A stretch of DNA of 64,000 nucleotides from an uncultured euryarchaeote (GTDB taxonomy: Archaea; Thermoplasmatota; Poseidoniia; Poseidoniales; Poseidoniaceae): the NCBI GenBank assembly GCA_937899865.1, contig CALBRH010000051.1, forward strand, positions 64,001 to 128,000, read 5' to 3'. This document shows, in pieces, positions 56,657 to 64,000 of this stretch. Under the pieces are notes generated by a model that worked only from the letters and a program-made list of their open reading frames with translations, searched no databases and had not been told where the DNA came from. The translations under genes were made by a program, and so were the position numbers. Positions within the stretch are counted from its first letter, which is position 1. Every line of letters begins with the position of its first letter.

Positions 56657-57712
56657 ATGACTGAACAACTAAATCTTACTGATGTAATGACTGAGGTTCA
56701 AAATTTTATTACATCTGACGGACAAATTATTCCTGCACAACGTGATTTCTACAGAGTTCTAAGAGAAAAAATGACCAATCATACTGGATTATTTACTGAA
56801 TCAGAAGTAGAATTGATTCTTGTTGATTCACGCTCTGAAGTATTGGAGTTATCTGATGAAGATTATACAGCAATATTTGATCTAATTATGGATAGATTTG
56901 GATTAAGTAAAAGATTAGAAGAGGAAGCTCGCCTTAGAGAAGAATTAGTCATGAAAGAAAGACTAAGAAAAGAAGCAGAACTGAAAGCAAGAGCTGAAGC
57001 AATTGCTAAAGAAAAGGCTGAAGCAGAGGCCAGGGCTAAGGCTGAAGCAGAACTGAGAGCACAAATTGAAGAGCAAGAAAGATTGGTAGAAGAGGCTAGA
57101 AAAAGGGCAGAGGAAGAGGAACAAGCCCGAAGACAAGCCGAAGAAGACGCTAGAATTGCTGAAGAAGAAAGATTGAGAGCCGAAGAAATCGCTAAGATAG
57201 AGGAAGAGGCAAGACTGAAAGCAGAAGAAAATGCTAGAATTAAAGCTGAAGAGGAAGCAAGACTGAAAGCAGAAGAAGTGGCTAGAATTAAGGCTGAAGA
57301 AGAGAGAATTCGGTTAGAGGAAGAGGCTAGGATTAAGGCTGAGGCAGAGGAGATTCGACTAAAGGAAGAGGCTGAATTAAAGAGTATTAATGAAGCTCAC
57401 CAAAAAATGGTAGAAGATGCAATTAGAATTTCTGAAGAAGAACGCTTAAAGGAAGAATCAAGGATTAATGCTGAAATTGAAGCGGCAAAGAGATTTGCTG
57501 AAATTGAAAAGGCTGCAAAAGAGAAAGAGGCTGAGAGATTGGCAGCTGAAGAGGCTAGAATTGCTGCAGAAGAAGCAGCGAAAAAATTGGCAGAAGAAAA
57601 TGCCAAATTAGCAGAAGAAGCTAGAATAGCCGAAGAAGAAGCAGCGAAAAAACTAGCAGAAGAAGCGGAAAATACCAAGATTATTCCAGATTTACCACCT
57701 GATAACAACTGA
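56657..57712 (+). CDS. Hypothetical protein with long E/A/R/K-rich helical repeat region
   Basis: ~90-aa globular N-terminus followed by EEEARLKA/EENARIKA-type octads. No TM segment. Confidence 0.8.
   Translation: MTEQLNLTDVMTEVQNFITSDGQIIPAQRDFYRVLREKMTNHTGLFTESEVELILVDSRSEVLELSDEDYTAIFDLIMDRFGLSKRLEEEARLREELVMKERLRKEAELKARAEAIAKEKAEAEARAKAEAELRAQIEEQERLVEEARKRAEEEEQARRQAEEDARIAEEERLRAEEIAKIEEEARLKAEENARIKAEEEARLKAEEVARIKAEEERIRLEEEARIKAEAEEIRLKEEAELKSINEAHQKMVEDAIRISEEERLKEESRINAEIEAAKRFAEIEKAAKEKEAERLAAEEARIAAEEAAKKLAEENAKLAEEARIAEEEAAKKLAEEAENTKIIPDLPPDNN
57209..57300 (+). repeat. 48-bp coding direct repeat, two copies
   Basis: GCAAGACTGAAAGCAGAAGAA occurs at 57209 and 57257, each followed by a near-identical GCTAGAATTAAxGCTGAAGA. 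Confidence 0.85.
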
Positions 57713-57713
57713 T

Positions 57714-59084
57714 TTACATTCCAAATGAAGAAGGGTCAATATCCATTTCTCCTTCCTTCATCATTTTACGCATTTGCTTGTTTAACTTCCTATTTCCACC
57801 CATTCCCTTCATCATTTTACGTGAGCGGTTCCATTGACCAATTAGTTCTCTAACATCTTTTTCTCTAACTCCAGAACCTCTGGCAATTCGTTTTATCCTG
57901 TCAGCCTTAATTTTAGCAGGCTCATTTTTTTCCCATGCAGTCATACTATCCATTATAGTTCGATAACGATCTAAATTAGACTGCATATCCTGCTTTTGAG
58001 ATTTTGACATACCCCCCAATCCACCAAGCATATTTCCAGGTAAGAAAGACATTAATTTATCAATAGTACCAACTTTTGACATCATTTCCATCTGCTTATA
58101 CATGTCGTTTAGCGTGAATCTACCACTCATCATTCGTTGGGTAAGGCGCATTGCTTCTTCTTCATCAAGATCTTCTGGAGCAAGATCGATTAATCCTTGA
58201 ATATCACCCATTCCAAGAAGTCGAGAAATGAATCTATCCGATTCAAACTTTTCCAAATCTGATACTTTCTCACCCACACCAATGTGTACAATTGGAGCAC
58301 CTGTTGCTGCCACTGCAGACAATGCACCACCACCTCTTGCCGTACCGTCTAATTTAGTTACAACAATTCCTGTAACTCCTGCCAGTTGGTGGAATGATGC
58401 TGCAACCGGACCCGCTGCTTGGCCGACTTGAGCATCAATTACGAGCCAACGTTCTGTTGCTCTGGTTAGAGATGCGATATTTTCCAACTCTTCAACCAAT
58501 TCCTCATCTAGTTGATGACGACCTGCAGTATCTACAATGACTAAGTCTGCAGCAGAACATTCTGCAAGACCATTTCTTACGATTTGGGTTGCATCCTTGT
58601 TATCAGGTTCACCATAAACTTGTACTGATGTATCTTCCAATAATTGTGATAGTTGTGCATATGCGCCAGGACGATGCACGTCAGCTTCAATTACTGCAAC
58701 TCTCAAACCATGCTTTTTACGATACCATTCAGCAAGTTTTGCTGTAGTTGTTGTTTTTCCTTGACCGTATAGACCAACCAAAAGAAGTGTTGCACCTCTT
58801 GGTTGAAATTGATGAGCTGGTCCGAGAATTCTAACAAGTTCAGTATAAAGAATATTCATAGCATGGGTTTGAAGAGTTAGGCCAGGTCTCAATTCTTCTT
58901 CACGCAATCGTGTTTCCATTCTTTCAACGATTTCTTTAGTCTGTCTTACATTGAAATCAGCTTCTTGTAAAGCACGACGTAAACTTCTTGTCATATCTCG
59001 TAACTCTTCCTCATCGAGTTTACGACGATTCTTAAGAAAGCCGAGGGAACGAAAGATTCCGCGTGACAGACCTTCCAGTGCCAT
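57714..59084 (-). CDS. srp54: Signal recognition particle 54 kDa protein
   Basis: ALQEADFN, GLYGQGKTTT, DTAGR, TKLDGTARGGG, ISRLLGMGD, and Met-rich M domain with RIARGSG. Confidence 0.95.
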   Translation of the reverse strand: MALEGLSRGIFRSLGFLKNRRKLDEEELRDMTRSLRRALQEADFNVRQTKEIVERMETRLREEELRPGLTLQTHAMNILYTELVRILGPAHQFQPRGATLLLVGLYGQGKTTTTAKLAEWYRKKHGLRVAVIEADVHRPGAYAQLSQLLEDTSVQVYGEPDNKDATQIVRNGLAECSAADLVIVDTAGRHQLDEELVEELENIASLTRATERWLVIDAQVGQAAGPVAASFHQLAGVTGIVVTKLDGTARGGGALSAVAATGAPIVHIGVGEKVSDLEKFESDRFISRLLGMGDIQGLIDLAPEDLDEEEAMRLTQRMMSGRFTLNDMYKQMEMMSKVGTIDKLMSFLPGNMLGGLGGMSKSQKQDMQSNLDRYRTIMDSMTAWEKNEPAKIKADRIKRIARGSGVREKDVRELIGQWNRSRKMMKGMGGNRKLNKQMRKMMKEGEMDIDPSSFGM

Positions 59085-59114
59085 AACATCCCGTCACTGT
59101 TTCCCTCTTTGAAT

Positions 59115-60374
59115 TCATCCCTTAGTGAGTGGTATATTCAATCTTAAAACATCGCCCTCTAATTTGGCATCTACTTGGCTGGCTTTAACAGGAATACTGG
59201 TTTCAATCTCCCTTTCACGTCCGTTAAGTCCAACATATAGAATTCCTTCATCGCTCCTAAGAGATAACTCATCACGTTTTATTCCGGGAAAATGTAGGTA
59301 AATTGATTCAAACTTATCAGTAAATTCACGGTACAAACCACGGTGTATACTATGTTTAACCAAAGTTCCAATTTCATGTGGGCCAAGAGTTTCATCGACT
59401 TCTTTGACTTCACCATACAAATTTTTGGCAACCAATCTTAAATTATCGATGCCGACCACTTCATGCTCCAATAATTCCATCGAACAAACTTCAACTTGGG
59501 TCAGTAGTTCTTTTAATTCTGTGATACGATTTAATTCGGCATTTCGACGTTTCTTAAGAAATGGATGATCAAATTCAGGTGTGACACGATTTACTATACA
59601 TGAAGATATAGGAAGTTTATATTCAATCAATGAATCATAGGCTCTAATGGTTTCATTAACACCCATTTTTTCAGGGATGGTCACTAATGTAAATGATGTC
59701 AATTCAGGGTCACTAAGAACTCTTCTTACATGAAGAACACGATTTCGAAAACGTTCTAATTCCTGCTTCATTTCTTCACTTTCTTTACGACCAAATAGCA
59801 TTGACCTTATGCCTCCAGAAACTCTCATCAAACGTATTAATCGACCTGACCATGCTTCTATTATCTCAGGTAATGATAGAAATCTAAGCGTATGTCCTGT
59901 AGGTGCTGTATCAAAGACAATTACATCCCAATTTGGATCTTCAACATGCTTTAGAAGTTCATCAAATGCTAATGCTTCATCAAGGCCTGGAAAAATCATT
60001 TCAGAAGTTTTGACATCTGATTTTATGTCATCTAATTCTTGCTTAGCTGAAGGATCAAGCATCATTCCAAGACCGCCAATACCTCCAAGCCCACTTCCTG
60101 AATTCATACCATCTACCATATTTCCCAATTTTGGCAATAAATTAGACAATTTTGATTCAGGGTCCATTTCAAGTCCATATAATCCATCGACGCCTGGAAT
60201 TGGTGTGGGCTCAACACCAATATCTACTCCCAATGAATCAGAAGTAGAATGAGCAGGGTCGCTTGATACGAGTAAGACCTTCAATCCGCAATCTGCTAAA
60301 TGAATTGCTGTTGCAGCAGAAGTAGTGGTTTTGCCAACACCACCTTTGCCACCGAACAAAAGTAGTCTTGCCAT
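59115..60374 (-). CDS. ArsA/Get3-family ATPase with C-terminal Hsp20 (alpha-crystallin)-like domain
   Basis: GKGGVGKTT, SSDPAHS, DTAPTGHTLRFL, PEKM..NET, VNRV. C-terminal beta-rich LHFPGIKRDELSL...AKLEGDVLRLNIP. Confidence 0.9.
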   Translation of the reverse strand: MARLLLFGGKGGVGKTTTSAATAIHLADCGLKVLLVSSDPAHSTSDSLGVDIGVEPTPIPGVDGLYGLEMDPESKLSNLLPKLGNMVDGMNSGSGLGGIGGLGMMLDPSAKQELDDIKSDVKTSEMIFPGLDEALAFDELLKHVEDPNWDVIVFDTAPTGHTLRFLSLPEIIEAWSGRLIRLMRVSGGIRSMLFGRKESEEMKQELERFRNRVLHVRRVLSDPELTSFTLVTIPEKMGVNETIRAYDSLIEYKLPISSCIVNRVTPEFDHPFLKKRRNAELNRITELKELLTQVEVCSMELLEHEVVGIDNLRLVAKNLYGEVKEVDETLGPHEIGTLVKHSIHRGLYREFTDKFESIYLHFPGIKRDELSLRSDEGILYVGLNGREREIETSIPVKASQVDAKLEGDVLRLNIPLTKG

Positions 60375-60389
60375 ATTATCGGCTCATAG

Positions 60390-60426
60390 TTCAAAGTCTT
60401 TGAATTCAACGGATTTAGGATAAATC
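60390..60426. promoter_or_regulatory. Two inverted repeats (TTCAAAG-T-CTTTGAA and GATTTA-GGA-TAAATC) in the divergent promoter region
   Basis: Exact arms at 60390-60396/60398-60404 and 60412-60417/60421-60426, lying 16-52 nt upstream of the ArsA/Get3 start. Confidence 0.45.
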
Positions 60427-60466
60427 TTACATCGGTTTGATGAACTAATACATTTGCGCAGGTATA

Positions 60467-61246
60467 ATGGCTTCAGATTTGTTGTTGTTCCAAATCTCAA
60501 GTGTTTCTGCCTTAATTGGTATGACTCTTGGTTGGCGTGGAGTAATGACAAGATATTCGGGATTTTATGATTTACCGACTGCATGGAGCAATATTTTCTG
60601 GGGTATTTTGCTTGGTGGGATATATGCTTCACAGATTTATTCTCAAATCATCATACCAAACATCGAGTTTGAAGCGACTAATGAAACTGTAGTCAATCCT
60701 TTGAATTTGATTTTGTTATGCCTTATAGCATCAATTGTTGCCCATTTTATTCTTAGAAGAAATAGAGTGCGTTCAGGTAGCTCACAAACTACCAGTGGTT
60801 GGGCTTTGGGGTTGGCCATTGGAGGCATGTTTGGCATGGTTGTAGTCTATGCTGTCTTGCGTTTGTCAGAGTTTAATTTCCAACTAATTCTAACTGTTGC
60901 ATTACTTAGCATAATGGCACCTAGATGTGAAGCGATTATTTCATCTTATCAAGGACAAATGATGTTAATGGGCAGGAAGTGGGGTGCAATTCTTAGAGCA
61001 ACAATGTGGAGATGTGGTTACGTAGTTATGTTTGCATACGTATTGTCTGCTCCGATTGGTTGGATTTTCATAATCCCAGTTATGCTAATTGCCAATAGGG
61101 CATCTGAAGATTGGATCTGGAATTCAATACCTAAAGAAGGTAAAAAACAACTTCGTAAAATTTGGGCACGTCAAGCAAGAGAGAGGAAATTAGCCAAGAT
61201 TTCGAGTAGTTTACCAAGCACATCTTCGGTAAATGAAAGTGAGTAG
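60467..61246 (+). CDS. Hypothetical polytopic membrane protein
   Basis: About 6-7 hydrophobic segments and a basic C-terminal tail. No family recognised with confidence. Confidence 0.8.
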   Translation: MASDLLLFQISSVSALIGMTLGWRGVMTRYSGFYDLPTAWSNIFWGILLGGIYASQIYSQIIIPNIEFEATNETVVNPLNLILLCLIASIVAHFILRRNRVRSGSSQTTSGWALGLAIGGMFGMVVVYAVLRLSEFNFQLILTVALLSIMAPRCEAIISSYQGQMMLMGRKWGAILRATMWRCGYVVMFAYVLSAPIGWIFIIPVMLIANRASEDWIWNSIPKEGKKQLRKIWARQARERKLAKISSSLPSTSSVNESE

Positions 61247-61341
61247 TTACTTACTTAACTCATTGATTTTGATTTAGACGGAATTTTAGATTACTTACAA
61301 AATAAACACTTTGTAGGATATCCGCAGGCAACCGTTATACA

Positions 61342-62922
61342 ATGTCGTCAAAGCCGAGTAACATGGGTAACTGCCCCTATTGTAGGAGTGTCACTCTTCC
61401 GGGCGACACAATTTGTTACACATGTGGTAGAGTATTGGCAAATATTAAGTCAAAACAATTTGCTGCAGAACAGCAATTCAATCAAGGTTCAATTGAAACT
61501 ACTTACTTGAAAACTAAAAAACCAACAAGGCCAGGAGTAGTTCAAACTCATACTGGCAGAAGAAAAAACATACTCAAGCGAAGAAAAAACCGATTTAGGA
61601 GTGTGGTTATGTTGGGCTTAGTTGCTTTCATTATGCTATCGCCTCAGGCTAGAGAAGTAGTATTCAATAAATGGGCTGGAATTAGTGAGTATATACAATT
61701 AGCAGCTGCACCATATCACTTGTATCCGATAGAATCTACTTACACTGTAGGAAAAACTATCGATGTAGTCAATAATGGTGGTGAGAGCTACTTAAGTGAA
61801 GATCTTGCAATACCAAGAGATATATCTACTCTTGAAGGTGAGTCAACAATGTTTGAGTATACTGATGATCGTGATCCATTACTGACTCAGTCAATCCAGA
61901 CTATAAATCAAATTGAATTGATCTTGAATGGAGTTTCATACGGAATACCACTTCTTGGTGAACCTGCAAGAATGCCTGATGATAAATTGATAACACCTGA
62001 TGGGCATGAAATTTGGTGGCCTGGAGTCGGTATAGGTGATGATATGTGTAATGTGGACATATGTGTAAAAGTCTACCTAAATTTGGACCCTGGGGAAACT
62101 GCATCTTTCACATATGCGGTTTCTCTTACTAGCACATCTTATTCATGGTGGTCATCATCAAGAGTTGATTCTCGTGTCGACGGCAGTTCAAATGGAATAA
62201 ATGTAGATCGTAGTGGTGACTTTTCAGATATCGTTGACCGTGGTGGTGGTATAAAAGCTGCTCAATTCACATCATCGACATGGTATAACAAAAATCGATT
62301 TGATTATGCAATCAATGGTCAAGATGCAATTGTCACCTCTACTGCACAAACGATTTCTGCATCCCTACCAGAGGGTCGTTCAACTAACGCATATGCTTTT
62401 GCAAGGGCGACATTTGACTATCTGCATGCTAATATCCTATATGACAAAAATGCGCCTGTAGTAGCACGGAGTGGACCTTCTTGTTTGGCAGCAGGAGTAG
62501 GAGATTGTGATGAACAGACAAATGCCTTTTTCTCAATTCTAAGAACTAAAATGATTCCAGGTTGGTACGTTTTTGGTGCACTAACTGATTCGACATTTAA
62601 CTACTGGGAAGCCCATGCTTGGGGCTACATATTACTACCAATGAATGACGAATGGTGTGCTGAAAGAAACATTGTATTGGATGACTGTTTTGTTGAAGGT
62701 TCAGTGGATGTCGTAAATAATAAATGGTTACTTCACACGCCTACAGCATTCATCGATTGGATTGAAGAAGCAGATGCAACTGGAAATCTGATAAATAATT
62801 ACTACAGACCAGGCAGTCATGGCAATGATGTTGACAGAACACGATCATTTTCAACGTTGGATGTTCCTGAAACAACAGGTGGGACATATCAAATCAAGAA
62901 ACTTGCAGAAAATTTGAGGTGA
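61342..62922 (+). CDS. Membrane-anchored transglutaminase-like (Cys-His-Asp) protein with N-terminal zinc ribbon
   Basis: CPYC...CYTC, basic stretch, one TM, then GDCDEQ (Cys), AHAW (His) and SVD (Asp). Confidence 0.82.
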   Translation: MSSKPSNMGNCPYCRSVTLPGDTICYTCGRVLANIKSKQFAAEQQFNQGSIETTYLKTKKPTRPGVVQTHTGRRKNILKRRKNRFRSVVMLGLVAFIMLSPQAREVVFNKWAGISEYIQLAAAPYHLYPIESTYTVGKTIDVVNNGGESYLSEDLAIPRDISTLEGESTMFEYTDDRDPLLTQSIQTINQIELILNGVSYGIPLLGEPARMPDDKLITPDGHEIWWPGVGIGDDMCNVDICVKVYLNLDPGETASFTYAVSLTSTSYSWWSSSRVDSRVDGSSNGINVDRSGDFSDIVDRGGGIKAAQFTSSTWYNKNRFDYAINGQDAIVTSTAQTISASLPEGRSTNAYAFARATFDYLHANILYDKNAPVVARSGPSCLAAGVGDCDEQTNAFFSILRTKMIPGWYVFGALTDSTFNYWEAHAWGYILLPMNDEWCAERNIVLDDCFVEGSVDVVNNKWLLHTPTAFIDWIEEADATGNLINNYYRPGSHGNDVDRTRSFSTLDVPETTGGTYQIKKLAENLR

Positions 62923-62926
62923 TAAC

Positions 62927-64000
62927 TTGAGAATAATTATTGGTGGTGCCGGCAGAGTTGGTACGGAACTAGCTAGAGCCCTAAGGGCGGAAGAAATGGA
63001 CGTAGTCTTAGTTGATTCAGATTCAAGAGCAGTAAAAAATGCTCAAAACTTGGATGTTTTGGTAATCCATGGAGATTTGACTACAAGAGAAAAATTGAAT
63101 GAAGCAGGAATTGGTGAAGCAGAGATATTTGTTGCAGCGACAAACTCTGATGAAAGAAATCTGCTTGCATGCGCCCTTGCAGAACATGCTCATTACCAAT
63201 ATGCAGGGTCAAAGGCCAAACCATTACTTTCTATTTCCCGAATAAGGAATATGAATTATTTAGAAGAGCAAAAACAGGGATATCTAACTAATTGGGCAAA
63301 GGTAAATCATGTAGTTAATCCATTAGATAGTGCAATCAAAAGATTACATACAGGTCTTAGATCATCCTCGATTGAGGAAGTTATTCCTTTTGGCCATGAT
63401 TCATACATTATCGAATTCAATGTAACAAAAAGTGCTGAAGGCATTGTGTTTAATACATTAAAGGAAGCAAATGCTTCGATAGATGGAGAGTTACCACTTA
63501 TTATTGGAGTAAAGAGAGTTGGAGAAAAAAGCGTTGTACCAGATGGAGATTTTGTTTTAATGCCAAATGACACTATTGCTGTAGCAACAAATGGCCTGTC
63601 AAGTTTTAACCGAATTTTGAATATTTTTGGTCATGAAGCTACAGATTTCCCAATATCCCCTAAAGTTGCTATCATAGGTGCAAATAGAATTGGTCAAATG
63701 ATTGCTGAAAATTGGTTGATGAATGGTGCAAAGGTTACTGTCATAGAAAGAGATTTACAACTGGCAAATGAATTCTCTGCAACCCATATTGGATCAAATC
63801 CCAACCTTGAGGTGATTCATGGAGACCATCTTGACCGAGACATCTTAACTGAAGTTGGAATACCAGAACATCATATTGCAATTGCAGCATTAGAATCTGA
63901 CCATGATAGTATTGCTGCTGCTTTACTTGCAAGTGACATGGGAGTCAATCGTACAGGATTATTGCTTAATGATGCTGATTTGGTAAAAGTAACCCAAAGA
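62927..64000 (+). CDS. trkA: Trk system potassium uptake NAD-binding protein TrkA (truncated by window end); missing from ORF track
   Basis: TTG at 62927 after GAGGTGA. RIIIGGAGRVG, HGD, AGIGEA.IFVAAT.SDERN, and a second RCK with AIIGANRIG and HGD..D..IL. Frame stays open to the window end. Confidence 0.9.
   Translation, partial: MRIIIGGAGRVGTELARALRAEEMDVVLVDSDSRAVKNAQNLDVLVIHGDLTTREKLNEAGIGEAEIFVAATNSDERNLLACALAEHAHYQYAGSKAKPLLSISRIRNMNYLEEQKQGYLTNWAKVNHVVNPLDSAIKRLHTGLRSSSIEEVIPFGHDSYIIEFNVTKSAEGIVFNTLKEANASIDGELPLIIGVKRVGEKSVVPDGDFVLMPNDTIAVATNGLSSFNRILNIFGHEATDFPISPKVAIIGANRIGQMIAENWLMNGAKVTVIERDLQLANEFSATHIGSNPNLEVIHGDHLDRDILTEVGIPEHHIAIAALESDHDSIAAALLASDMGVNRTGLLLNDADLVKVTQR

Noticed and set aside
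57209-57300. CRISPR-like direct repeat (also the 18-bp repeat at 35177 and the TSP3 repeats)
   Set aside because: In-frame coding repeats without unique spacers, and no cas genes.
58740-58790. Variant SRP54 P-loop GLYGQGKT
   Set aside because: GxxGxGKT and the other GTPase motifs are intact, so this is likely ordinary divergence.

Overview
Gene-dense, AT-rich archaeal chromosomal segment. Evidence for archaeal origin: S17e, L31e-like C-terminus, Kae1, Tsr3, MBF1, PAN, PriS, SRP54 and GGTGA/GGAGG ribosome-binding sites. The heterotrophic marine-type gene mix suggests Marine Group II Thermoplasmatota (Poseidoniales); this is inference. It holds about 55 CDSs and one tRNA-Val(GAC). I found no CRISPR array, integrase or IS element. 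Modules: preQ0 biosynthesis operon (RHH-folE-queE-queC::msrB-queD); methylmalonyl-CoA mutase and epimerase; dispersed folate-dependent histidine utilisation (hutH, hutU, hutI, split FTCD); FdhF/YdeP plus FdhD; futalosine menaquinone genes (mqnE, mqnA, mqnD); non-oxidative pentose phosphate genes; MetRS, ProRS, SRP54, an ArsA/Get3-Hsp20 protein and TrkA. Four small or truncated genes missing from the ORF track were read by hand: an L31e-like end, a 53-aa RHH protein, a 50-aa DUF5679-like protein and a truncated trkA. The most notable observations are: (1) a half-length deoxyhypusine hydroxylase (DOHH)-like protein with both His-Glu motifs at eukaryotic spacing; (2) a Zn-ligand-free QueC fused to MsrB, in an RHH-headed operon with a perfect palindrome at its promoter and a divergent lysine 6-aminotransferase-like gene; (3) a 7-EF-hand, zinc-ribbon, two-TM protein divergent from a DUF835-like gene; (4) a Get3-alpha-crystallin fusion directly upstream of SRP54.
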